30,490 bases of DNA. Source: Eledone cirrhosa. Lineage: Eukaryota. The position numbers and the translations under genes are program-made. Shown here one piece after another: positions 1 to 12,987 of this stretch. Every line of letters starts with the position of its first letter. The first letter of the stretch is position 1. The notes beneath the pieces were generated by a model. The model searched no databases, was not told where the DNA came from, and saw nothing but the letters and a program-made list of their open reading frames with translations. The stretch spans positions 1 to 30,490 of the forward strand of contig CAXHJY010001469.1 of the NCBI GenBank assembly GCA_964016885.1. The letters are read 5' to 3'.

Positions 1-276
1 GTATATATATATATGTATATGTATATATATGTATAATGTATATTATATATGTATATGATATATATATATATATGTATATATGATATATATGTATATATAT
101 ATATTGTATATATATATATGTATATATATATATATGTATATATATGTATATGTATATATATGATATATATATGTATATTATATATATATATGTATATATA
201 TGTATATGTATATATATATGTATATGTATATATATATGTATATATATATATATATGTATATATATAGTATATATAG

Positions 277-326
<50 letters not shown>

Positions 327-757
327 GTTTATATATAAGTATATATGTATATATGTATATATATATGTATATATATATGTATATATGTATATATATATGT
401 GTATATATGTATATTATATATGTATATATATGTATATGTATATATATAGTATATATGTATATTGTATATACGTATATGTGTATATGTATATATATGTATA
501 TATATATATATGTATATATATATGTATATATATATATATGTATATATAATATGTATATATATATATATTATATGTATATATATATGTATATATGTATATG
601 TATATATGTATATATATATATATGTATTATATATATGTATATGTATATATGTATATATATATATGTATATATATATGTATATATATATATGTATATATAT
701 ATGTATATATATATGTATATATATATATGTATATATATATATGTATATATATATATG

Positions 758-788
<31 letters not shown>

Positions 789-887
789 GTATATATATGT
801 ATATATATGTATATATATGTATATATATATATGTATATATATGTATATATATGTATATATATATGTATATATATATGTATATATATG

Positions 888-932
<45 letters not shown>

Positions 933-1075
933 GTATATATATATGTATATATATATATGTATATATATATGTATATATATATATGTATATATATGTATAT
1001 ATATATATATATGTATATATATATGTATATATATATATGTATATATATATGTATATATATATATGTATATATATG

Positions 1076-1106
<31 letters not shown>

Positions 1107-1159
1107 GTATATATATATATATGTATATATATATGTATATATATATGTATATATATATG

Positions 1160-1190
<31 letters not shown>

Positions 1191-1406
1191 GTATATATAT
1201 ATGTATATATATATATATGTATATATATATGTATATATATAAATATGTATATATATATTGTATGTATATATATAAATATGTATATATTATATGTATGTAT
1301 ATATATAAATATGTATATATTTATGTATGTATATATATATATATGTATATATATATGTATGTATATATATATGTATGTATATATATATGTTATATTATAT
1401 TATATG

Positions 1407-1456
<50 letters not shown>

Positions 1457-1471
1457 TGTAATATGTATATG

Positions 1472-1548
<77 letters not shown>

Positions 1549-1773
1549 GTATATGTATATTATGTATATATATATGTATATATGTATATGTATATATGTA
1601 TATGTATTATATATATATATGTATATATATATATGTATATATATATGTATTTATGTATATGTATATATATATGTATATATATATGTATATATATATATAT
1701 ATGTGTATATATATATATGTAATATATATATATTTTTATATATGTATATATATAGTGTGTATATATATATATG

Positions 1774-1806
<33 letters not shown>

Positions 1807-1853
1807 GTGTATATATATATATGTATATATATGTATATATATATATATATGTG

Positions 1854-1898
<45 letters not shown>

Positions 1899-1925
1899 GT
1901 ATATATATATATGTATATATATATG

Positions 1926-1974
<49 letters not shown>

Positions 1975-2048
1975 GTATATATATATATGTATATATGTAT
2001 ATATATATATGTATATATATATGTATATATGTATATATATTATATGTC

Positions 2049-2080
<32 letters not shown>

Positions 2081-2158
2081 GTATATATATGTATATATAT
2101 ATATATGTATATATATATGTATATATATATGTATATATATATATTGTATATATATATG

Positions 2159-2189
<31 letters not shown>

Positions 2190-2248
2190 GTATATGTATA
2201 TATATGTATATATATATGTATATATATATATGTATATGTATATTATAT

Positions 2249-2280
<32 letters not shown>

Positions 2281-2309
2281 GTATATATATATTTGTATAT
2301 ATATATATG

Positions 2310-2340
<31 letters not shown>

Positions 2341-2417
2341 GTATATATATATATGTATATATATATATATGTATATATATATATGTATATATATATATAT
2401 GTATATATATATATGTG

Positions 2418-2464
<47 letters not shown>

Positions 2465-2482
2465 GCATATATATATATATGC

Positions 2483-2530
<48 letters not shown>

Positions 2531-2532
2531 GC

Positions 2533-2580
<48 letters not shown>

Positions 2581-2627
2581 GCATATATATATATGTATAT
2601 ATATATATATGTATATATTATATATGC

Positions 2628-2677
<50 letters not shown>

Positions 2678-2679
2678 GC

Positions 2680-2713
<34 letters not shown>

Positions 2714-2794
2714 GTATATATATTATATATATGCATATATATATATATGCATATATATATATATATGTATATATATATATGTATATATATATGA

Positions 2795-2825
<31 letters not shown>

Positions 2826-2844
2826 TGTATATGTATATATATGT

Positions 2845-2896
<52 letters not shown>

Positions 2897-3078
2897 GTAT
2901 ATATATGTATATATATATATGTATATATATATATATGTATATATATATGTATATATATATGTATATATATATATGTATATATATATATGTATATGTATAT
3001 ATATGTGTATATATATATATATGTATATATATATTATTTATATGTATATATATATATATGTATATGTATATATATGTG

Positions 3079-3109
<31 letters not shown>

Positions 3110-3116
3110 TTATATG

Positions 3117-3152
<36 letters not shown>

Positions 3153-3343
3153 TGTGTATATATATATATATATATGTGTATATATATATGTATATATATA
3201 TTTATATGTATATATATATATATGTGTATATATATATATATATATGTGTATATATATATATATGTATATATATATGTATATATATATATGTATATATGTA
3301 TATATATATATATATATGTTATATATATGTATATATATATATG

Positions 3344-3376
<33 letters not shown>

Positions 3377-3395
3377 GTATATATTTATATATATG

Positions 3396-3430
<35 letters not shown>

Positions 3431-3448
3431 GTATCATATTATATATTG

Positions 3449-3494
<46 letters not shown>

Positions 3495-3497
3495 ATG

Positions 3498-3528
<31 letters not shown>

Positions 3529-3686
3529 GTATATTATATATTATATGTATATATTTATATGTATTTATTTATATGTATATATTTATATGTATATATTTAT
3601 ATGTATATATTTATATGTATATATATATGTATATATATGTATATATATTGTATATATATATATATGTATATATATATGTATATATA

Positions 3687-3721
<35 letters not shown>

Positions 3722-4054
3722 ATATATATATATGTATATATATATGTATATATATATATATGTATATATATTATATGTATTATATATATGTATATATATA
3801 TATGTGTATATATATATATGTATGTATATATGTGTGTATGTGTATATATATATATGTATGTATATGTATATATTATATATATATGTATATATATATATAT
3901 GTTATATATATATATGTGTATATATATATGTATATATATATGTATATATATATATATGTATATATATATATGTGTATATATATATGTATATATATATATG
4001 TATATATATATATGTGTATATATATATGTATATGTATATATTTATATATATATG

Positions 4055-4085
<31 letters not shown>

Positions 4086-4228
4086 GTATATATATATATG
4101 TGTATATATTATATGTATATATATATATGTGTATATATATATGTATATATATATATGTATATATATATATGTGTATATATATATGTATATATATATGTAT
4201 ATATATATATATGTATATATAATATATA
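1..4228. repeat. Long degenerate (TA)n/(TATG)-type microsatellite array
   Basis: Continuous TA dinucleotides interrupted mainly by G (tatatg) for over 4.2 kb, with almost no C on the + strand. Confidence 0.97.
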
Positions 4229-4351
4229 GGGGAGAGAATTGGGAGTGTGTAACACTCCACTTATCAAATAGGCAGTATATGGTTAGCTCAATGTCAGAGG
4301 ACAGAGCCGTAATACAATTAACAACAAAGAGCGCTTAGAACATAGGTATAT

Positions 4352-4409
4352 CTTTAATTGCTAACAGTGTTTCGTCCACACTAGAAGTGGGACTCTTCAG
4401 AGCATAAAG
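4352..4409 (-). ncRNA. Type I minimal hammerhead ribozyme HHR1
   Basis: Minus strand: ugcu CUGAAGA gucc-cac uucua gug-u-ggac GAA AC acu GU U agca. Stem I is ugcu/agca, extendable with cuuua/uaaag. The predicted GUU triplet corresponds to +4363-4365. Confidence 0.8.
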
Positions 4410-5705
4410 AGTAAATACAAAGTATACAAGCACTGACAAAGCCAAAACAGAAGAATATATTTGGGGATACCATAAGTTGGGAGGAGTTTAAGGAGTAAAG
4501 TAAAAGGAGCAAAATAAGAGGAGTAAAATAAACATAAAAATAAGAATAAGATTAAGAATAAAAAAAGAATAAGATTAAGAATAAAAATAATAATACTATT
4601 AATAATAAAAATAAAAATAAGAATGAAAAATGTAAAATGAAAAATGAAAAATAATAAATAAAAAATAAAAAATAATAAATAAATAATAAATAAAAAAATA
4701 AAAAAATAAAAAATAAATAATAAGAGATGTTATCACTCACAGTTGGTCAGGGTTACGTTAACATACAGCTACATACAATTATATTCATAAGCATGAGCAC
4801 CCGCGTGCACCTACACACAAGCACCCGTATGCAACACATACAGTATACACTAATACAAATAACATATCATATACGGATGGGCACAAGTTAAGAGGTAGAG
4901 ATAGATAAAAAATAGATAAGAGGTGGATTAAAAATAGATAAAAAATAATAAATAAAAGATTAGATAAAAAATAGCTAAAAGATAGATAAAAAATAGATAA
5001 GAAATAGATAAAAATAGCTAAAAAATAGATGAAAGATAAATAATAAAAAAAAAAAATAATAATAAAAAATAATAAATAATAAATAATAAAAAATAAAAAA
5101 TATGATAAAATAAAATAAAATAAAATAAAATAAAGTAAAATAAAATAAAATAATATAATAAAAGGTAAATTAAAATATACACCAGAAGATAGATAAAAAT
5201 AAAAGAACAACAATACACCAAAGAAAATGGTGTAAAATATACACCATAAAGGAAGGTGTGGGTAAAGATAAGACTGGCAAATGCATAAGCTATCAAACTA
5301 TGTTCAACAAAGGATAAACGTACAACACATAAAATACACAAAGTTATATATACAAAAATATATATAAAAAATATATATAAAAGAGACGCATATATAAGGA
5401 TATATATATATATATATACATACATATATATATACATATATCAGTCCAAGTAATGTATATTTATAAAGATGTAACTGGGGGTAAAAAGATGTAATAAGGG
5501 TAACCAAGATGGTAATTATTAGGGCTTGTAAAATAATATTATTATAGAAATCCTAAGGTGACACTAGTGTTGACTCATGGTGATATATGGAATATATCAG
5601 GACACGAATGCCTTAGGTGTTGCAGTTAGCCACAGTTCAACAATAGAGTGTTCAAATGAGATTTTCCGTGAACAGATGCTATGTCCGCAATAGATTGAGT
5701 TGACC

Positions 5706-6052
5706 ATTTTACATTTTTCATTTTACATTTTTCATTCTTATTTTTATTTTAATTTTTATTTTATTAATAGTATTATTATTTTTATTCTTAATCTTATTCT
5801 TTTTTTTATTCTTAATCTTATTCTTATTTTTATGTTTATTTTATTTTACTCCTCTTATTTTGCTCCTTTTACTTAAACTCCTCCCAACTTATGGTATCCC
5901 CAAATATATTCTTCTGTTTTGGCTTTGTCAATGCTTGTATACTTTGTATTTACTCTTTACGCTCTGAAGAGTCCCACTTCTAGTGTGGACAAAACACTGT
6001 TAGCAATTAAAGATATACCTATGTTCTAAGCGCTCTTTGTTGTTAATTGTAT
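5706..6052 (+). repeat. Inverted copy (~345 bp) of 4312-4652
   Basis: Direct reverse-complement match with a few substitutions and small indels. Confidence 0.95.
5955..6012 (+). ncRNA. Mutated duplicate of HHR1 (GAAA changed to AAAA), probably inactive
   Basis: cgct CTGAAGA gtcccacttctagtgtggac AAAAC actgtt agca; the conserved G12 is A at 5991. Confidence 0.7.
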
Positions 6053-6193
6053 ATATATATATGTATATATATATATGTATATATATATATGTATATATAT
6101 ATATGTATATATATATATATGTGTATATATATATGTATATATATATATATGTGTATATATATATGTATATATATATATGTGTATATATATATG

Positions 6194-6226
<33 letters not shown>

Positions 6227-6350
6227 GTATATGTATATATGTATATATATATATGTATATATATATGTATATATATATGTATATATATATGTATATATAT
6301 ATATGTATATATATATATGTATATATATATGTATATATATATGTATATAT
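6053..6350. repeat. (TA)n/(TATG) microsatellite
   Basis: Visible simple repeat separating PLE-1 and PLE-2. Confidence 0.95.
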
Positions 6351-6410
6351 AAAATATTAAAAAAATAATGAATAAAACAATGAAACAGTTCCTTATATTA
6401 AACAAAAATG

Positions 6411-6564
6411 TTCATTATTTAACGATCGTTTCTGGGATATATATGTGTTAGAATTGGCATGTATATTTAACAGATCTATGTACAAAATTATACAAAATTA
6501 TACAAACTATCAAAATTAAATATACATACCAACTCATATATATGCCGTCTTCAGAAATAATGAA
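6411..6564 (-). ncRNA. Type I hammerhead ribozyme HHR2 with a very long stem II
   Basis: Perfect 10-bp stem I (6411-6420 with 6555-6564), CUGAAGA (+6548-6554), stem II base cgg-c-auauauaug/cauauauau-c-cca, then GAA AC gauc GU U. Stem III is the palindrome AACGAUCGUU. Confidence 0.75.
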
Positions 6565-7161
6565 ATATATTTATTGATAATAACAACAATTCAAAATTAC
6601 AGCTCTGTTTGGGAACAGAGTTCAAATTGACCAATGGAAACACAAAAAGTTTATACAGTTAGGTGTGTGTATATATGTAAGTAACTTCGTTCACAGATAT
6701 GCATAAAAATATATGTTCACATGCATACGCATGCCGAAAAGATGTATGTAAATACAAAAATTCAGGGCTAATGTCTCTGTATGTTTATAATCTACAGATA
6801 AAATACATATACGCATATAAACATATAAATATAAAAATAAATATATACACATTCATATACTCACACATATACATACATTCACACACACACGCGCATATAC
6901 GCATAAACATACACACAACCACGAACATACATACACACACACACTCACACACACATATATGTGTATATACTATTATCATAAGCATATGGACATTAATGCG
7001 CGCACATAAACACTGCCACACATATTTAGATCCAGATACAGAAAGTAGGTGGGGGGGGGGAAGAGGTCAGTATTTACTGGTGTCAGCAAACTGCCTATTT
7101 ATAAATGTATCTATAAATTTAGAAATAAAAAGAAAAAGAAAAAAGAAAAATATTAAGAAAA

Positions 7162-7198
<37 letters not shown>

Positions 7199-7224
7199 AA
7201 GTAAAATATAAAATATACATCGAT

Positions 7225-7288
<64 letters not shown>

Positions 7289-7291
<3 letters not shown>

Positions 7292-7875
7292 AAGTTATAT
7301 TTAAAATTGTTGGGTTACAACTAATAAATATTTATAACTGATATAAAAGCACTCGACAAATACTTGGAGTATATTTACAATATTAAATAAATGGAAAACT
7401 ATATTTATAAAACCATATTTATTTCATTATATATATTTCGGGGATATCATATTAACAATATGCTATGCCTTCATCAGACAAAATACAATATAAACAGTTT
7501 TATAGATAAATATATAAATATATTCGACATACCGTAATAAACATCAACTTCATTTGAAGAGGTTCACTCTAGCAGTGAAAATCCAGAAAGAAAGAGAGAG
7601 AGAAAAGAGGGAAATAGGAAAGAAAGAAAGACAAAACGAAGAAAAGGAAGAAAAAGAAGAAAAAGAAAAAGAAGAAATGCATGGGACAAAATATATATAT
7701 ATATATATATAATATATTTAGAAACACACAGATACATGCGGACACACACATATATACATGAATGCATCCGCACCCAACTGTGAGTTAAGGGTGCCAACTT
7801 CACCGATGTTGCTCAATGAATGACTGGGACAGACCAATTCAGTTGAACTAGACTGAACCAGTATCAGAGTTAAAA
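7289..7875 (-). mobile_element. 3'-end fragment of another Penelope-like element (PLE-3) nested in a TA tract of the PLE-2 inverted arm
   Basis: Contains hammerhead HHR3, has an AT-rich tail ending in (TA)n at ~7288, and is absent from the corresponding right arm at ~12290. Confidence 0.55.
7420..7485 (-). ncRNA. Type I minimal hammerhead ribozyme HHR3
   Basis: uauuuugu CUGAUGA aggcauagcauauu guu aauaugauaucccc GAA AU auau AU A augaaaua. Stem I is 8 bp with two G-U pairs, the triplet is AUA and stem III is self-complementary. Confidence 0.72.
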
Positions 7876-8527
7876 ATACATTTTGAAGAGAGAAGAAACA
7901 TTTAGATATAATTAGTAATAAAATGTATCATACCTAAACTGCTCCTAAATTCCTCGACTACGTAGTTTTGTGGCATAAACAAAAACAATATATCATAAAG
8001 ATATAGAGTCCTTGCGAGGTCTGCCGACTTATCAAGAGGATACCTCATTTTACTAGTCTCAAGAACGCGTCTACACGACGTGAGAAAGAATCCCAAAAGG
8101 CGGAGGGGGAGATAGTCACGCGATATAACGGTCGAGAAACAGAGCTAAGCCTCTTATAACCACGGAGGCGGAGGGGGTATTTATATCGAGGCCGCGGCCT
8201 CGATATAAATACCCCATCCGCCTCCGTGGTATTTTCTTCGGGGTTATAAGAGGCTTAGCTCTGTTTCTCGACCGTTATATCGCGTGACTATCTCCCCCTC
8301 CGCCTTTTGGGATTCTTTCTCACGTCGTGTAGACGCGTTCTTGAGACTAGTAAAATGAGGTATCCTCTTGATAAGTCGGCAGACCTCGCAAGGACTCTAT
8401 ATCTTTATGATATATTGTTTTTGTTTATGCCACGAAACTACGTAGTCGAGGAATTTAGGAGCAGTTTAGGTATGATACATTTTATTACTAATTATATCTA
8501 AATGTTTCTTCTCTCTTCATAATGTAT
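7876..8527. mobile_element. ~650-bp near-perfect spacerless palindrome (foldback or non-autonomous DNA element)
   Basis: Centre ttatatcgaggccg|cggcctcgatataa at 8194/8195. The arms match apart from a few substitutions and a ~14-nt insertion near 8231-8244. The track shows mirror ORFs at 7902-8096(-) and 8307-8501(+). Confidence 0.9.
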
Positions 8528-8755
8528 ATATATATATATATATATATATACATACATATACATACACATATACATAAACACATACATACACATACATATA
8601 CATACACACACCATATATATACACATACACACACGCGCATACATATAGAGACACATACATATACACATATAAATACATAGACATATACATATATACACAC
8701 ATATATATATATATATATATACACACATACATATATACATACATTCACAACACAC

Positions 8756-8787
<32 letters not shown>

Positions 8788-8834
8788 ATAAATACACTCA
8801 TGTATATACACATATACACATACATACCCACACA

Positions 8835-8866
<32 letters not shown>

Positions 8867-8867
8867 C

Positions 8868-8934
<67 letters not shown>

Positions 8935-9030
8935 CACACGCACATGTGCACATACACATATACATAAAGATATATATATATACACACACGTATATAATAA
9001 ATATATATATATATATATATACACATACAC

Positions 9031-9072
<42 letters not shown>

Positions 9073-9382
9073 TATACATACATACATATATATACTCATA
9101 CATAGACATACATATATACACACACACATACACACATACATATACGCATATATACACATACATACACATCCATGTATGCGTATACACATACAAACACAAC
9201 CACACGCTCACACAACTCAGACATACATAAATAAAGGGATATACATACACATATATACATATATAAATAGAGATATATATACACATATAAATATATACAC
9301 ACATACACACACACACACACACATATACATACACATACATACATACATACATATACATACACACACACATATATATACACAT

Positions 9383-9973
9383 CAAATCTTAAATAGGTCT
9401 ACAGTTAAATTCTCATACTCAACAACCAATAACATAAAACAAAATATAAGTGCCTATAATGCATATAAATGTAAGAATACCATAAGTATACCACCAATAC
9501 ATCAAACTAACCATAATATCTCCTCAAATACAGAATTAACGAAAGGTTGTAACTGTAGAAACGAAGCAAACTGCCCATTAAAAGGAAATTGTCTTGTTAA
9601 CAACATAGTTTATAAATGTAATGTTAAAACTAAAGATTCTATTTGCTCATATATAGGAGCTACTTCTAACAATTTTAAGGTAAGGTTTAATACCCACAAA
9701 CATAGTTTTTAAAATGCCGCACTGGCTAATACAACATCTCTAGCAGAAAAAATCAATAGTTATAAAAATAAGAATATAGAATATGATATGACCTGGAGTG
9801 TGCTCAAAAGAGCCACCCCTTATCAAAATAATAGAAATGAATGTAGATTATGTTCCCAAGAACTATTTGAAATAATGAAATCTAAGGATATCCTATTAAA
9901 TAAACGACAGGAATTAATTATATCGTGTAATCATAAACTAAGAAAAACATTTAAATATTATAAACCTAATTAA
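9383..9973 (+). pseudogene. PLE linker plus GIY-YIG endonuclease, 5'-truncated, with one in-frame TAA at 9710-9712
   Basis: [12 protein letters not shown]...CNCRNEANCPLKGNCLVNNIVYKC..YIGAT..FKVRFNTHKHSF*..TSLA..WSVL..CRLCSQE..LLNKRQELIISCNH. Track ORFs 9176-9712 and 9788-9973 share a frame. Confidence 0.9.
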
Positions 9974-10450
9974 TAACATTATTTTAGATATTAATATATA
10001 ATTTAATTTAAATGTTAGTTAACCTATAAATTTAATTTAATTAAAATTCTACTACAGATGAGATTATAAAATATTGTGTAATCATAAATTGTGAAAAACT
10101 TTTAAATATTACTAATATATACTTTGTAAATTAATTTATAGATTAATTTTAATTTATTTAACCTTTTATTAAAATTACTTTACAGATAAAATATAACAAA
10201 ATATCGTGTATTCAATGACAGAGAAATATTTTTTAATATTATAGACCTAATTAATGTACAATTTAGAAATATATTTATAATTTGGTTTTAATTTGGTTAA
10301 CCTAAAAATTTAATTTAATTGGCTTAAAATTAAAATCCTAATACAGATGGATTGCAGAGTGTCATGTAATCATAGACTGAGATAGGTTTTAGATGTATAC
10401 CTAGTTAATATATTCTTTGCAATTTTTGAAAAAATATGTATATATATATG

Positions 10451-10493
<43 letters not shown>

Positions 10494-10880
10494 GAGTATA
10501 TATGTGTGTATATATTAATTTTAATTTTTGTTTACCTATAATTATATTCTACTATAGATAAAATACAATATCTGTTTTAATTATTATAAACCTAATTAAC
10601 ATATACTATAGAAATTAATATATAATTTTTAATTTAGTTAACCTATAATTTATATTCTACTACCAATGTAATACTTTATTTGGTTTTTTTCCCTATTACT
10701 AAATTCATTTCCTAATATTGATACCATAACGTTAATAATTTTAATTTAGTTATACTATAATTAATACTCTACTACTATTTAACTTCAAAATTCCGCTTCA
10801 AATATTATAAACCTAAGTAGTATACACCTTAGAAATCAATATATTAACTATCTTTAATTTAGTTAACCTATAATTAATAG
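9921..10880 (+). repeat. Degenerate AT-rich tandem repeats (~130-160-bp period) in the PLE-2 3' region
   Basis: Variants of tatcgtgtaatcataaact...tattataaacctaattaat start at ~9921, 10072, 10202 and 10360, and a ttagttaacctataa motif recurs to ~10872. Confidence 0.7.
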
Positions 10881-11176
10881 TCTACTTATATTAAAATGCA
10901 TAATTTTGCCTTCTTTCTTACATTTCCTAATATTGAAACTACTATGTAAACACATATTATGATCTAAATGCAGATTAATATTCTATGTTTCTTGAAACCT
11001 ATATTTACTATAATCCCCTTCCCCCCCCTATTATTATTTGTATTTGTAAGCGTGGATGTATGTATGTATATGTAGGTAGGTATGTATGTTTGGGTGTTTG
11101 TATGTGAGTATAAAAATACATATGTGCGCATGTAAATAAGGGTGTATGATTGTATGTATATGTATATATATGTATA

Positions 11177-11209
<33 letters not shown>

Positions 11210-11928
11210 GTATCTATGTATTTATGTGGGTATATGTGTGTATGTATATGTATGCGCATGTATACATCTATGTGTATATATGTGTGTATGTGTATATATG
11301 TACGTATATGTGCATGTATATGTGAGTGTGTATATATATATATATATATATATTTGTAGTTGATGTGTATATGTATATGTGTATGTATATGTATGTATAT
11401 ATATATATATATATGTATATGTGTATATATATATATATGTATGTGTGTGCATATTTGTCTGACTGGGTGTATTAATTAATTAATTAATTTATTTTTTTAT
11501 TTTTTTATTTCTTTATTTTTATATATATGTATATATATGTATATATATATATATGTGTATATATATGTGTGTGTGTATGTATATGTATGTATGTATGTAT
11601 GTGTATGTATATGTGTGTGTGTATGTGTGTATATATTTATATGTGTATATATATCTCTATTTATATATGTATATATGTGTATATATGCGTATATGTATGT
11701 GTGTATGTGTGTGTGTATATATGTATGTCTATGTATGAGTATATATATGTATGTATGTATATATATGTGTGTATATATATATATATATGTATGTATATAT
11801 ATATATATATATATATATTTATTATATACGTGTGTGTATATATATATATCTTTGTGTATATGTGTATGTGTACATGTGCGTGTGTATGTGTGTGTATATA
11901 TATATATATATATATGTATATGTATATG

Positions 11929-11982
<54 letters not shown>

Positions 11983-12089
11983 GGTATGTATGTGTATATG
12001 TGTATATACATGAGTGTATTTATGTATGTGTGTATAGATATATATATATATATGTGTGTGTTGTGAATGTATGTATATATGTATGTGTG

Positions 12090-12120
<31 letters not shown>

Positions 12121-12260
12121 TTATATGTATATGTCTATGTATTTATATGTGTATATGTATGTGTCTCTATATGTATGCGCGTGTGTGTATGTGTATATAT
12201 ATGGTGTATGTATGTATATGTATGTGTATGTATGTGTTTATGTATATGTGTATGTATATG

Positions 12261-12297
<37 letters not shown>

Positions 12298-12329
12298 ATG
12301 TATATCGATGTATATTTTATATTTTACTT

Positions 12330-12410
<81 letters not shown>

Positions 12411-12987
12411 TTTTCTTAATATCTTCTTTTTTCTTTTTCTTTTTATTTCTAAATTTATAGATACATTTATAAATAGGCAGTTTGCTGACACCAGTAAATA
12501 CTGACCTCTCCCCCCCCACCTACTTTCTGTATCTGGATCTAAATATGTGTGGCAGTGTTTATGTGCGCGCATTAACGTCCATATGCTTATGATAATAGTA
12601 TATACACATATATGTGTGTGTGAGTGTGTGTGTGTATGTATGTTCGTGGTTGTGTGTATGTTTATGCGTATATGCGCGTGTGTGTGTGAATGTATGTATA
12701 TGTGTGAGTATATGAATGTGTATATATTTATTTTTATATTTATATGTTTATATGCGTATATGTATTTTATCTGTAGATTATAAACATACAGAGACATTAG
12801 CCCTGAATTTTTGTATTTACATACATCTTTTCGGCATGCGTATGCATGTGAACATATATTTTTATGCATATCTGTGAACGAAGTTACTTACATATATACA
12901 CACACCTAACTGTATAAACTTTTTGTGTTTCCATTGGTCAATTTGAACTCTGTTCCCAAACAGACCTGTAATTTTGAATTGTTGTTA

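Larger units (their letters stand above)
4229..6052 (-). mobile_element. 5'-truncated Penelope-like element remnant (PLE-1) with an inverted pseudo-LTR, flanked by (TA)n
   Basis: 4312-4652 is the reverse complement of 5706-6052 and both copies contain a hammerhead motif. The minus strand at ~5600-5705 gives a frameshifted IYCGHSICSRKI..EHSIV..NCNT peptide resembling a PLE endonuclease C-terminus. Both outer ends run into TA arrays. Confidence 0.72.
6351..12987 (+). mobile_element. 5'-truncated Penelope-like element (PLE-2, tentatively Hydra-type endonuclease) with a ~1.5-kb inverted pseudo-LTR
   Basis: GIY-YIG C-terminal ORF at 9383-9973 followed by a long 3' region. 6580-7235 is the reverse complement of ~12290-12987 and 8528-9381 is the reverse complement of ~11553-12290. 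A hammerhead lies at the outer end of the inverted arm. Confidence 0.8.

Noticed and set aside
200-4229. Very long ORFs (up to 1090 aa) of Y/I/M/C/V, and similar ORFs at 8488-9385, 11527-12504, 21299-25102 and 28376-29658
   Set aside because: TA/TG dinucleotide repeats rarely contain stop codons and all frames are open, so these are translation artefacts.
6699-7196. 165-aa ORF duplicated at 12324-12869(-)
   Set aside because: Low-complexity sequence within the PLE-2 inverted arms.
7902-8501. Two near-identical 64-aa ORFs on opposite strands
   Set aside because: A consequence of the palindrome; TTG start and no recognisable domain.
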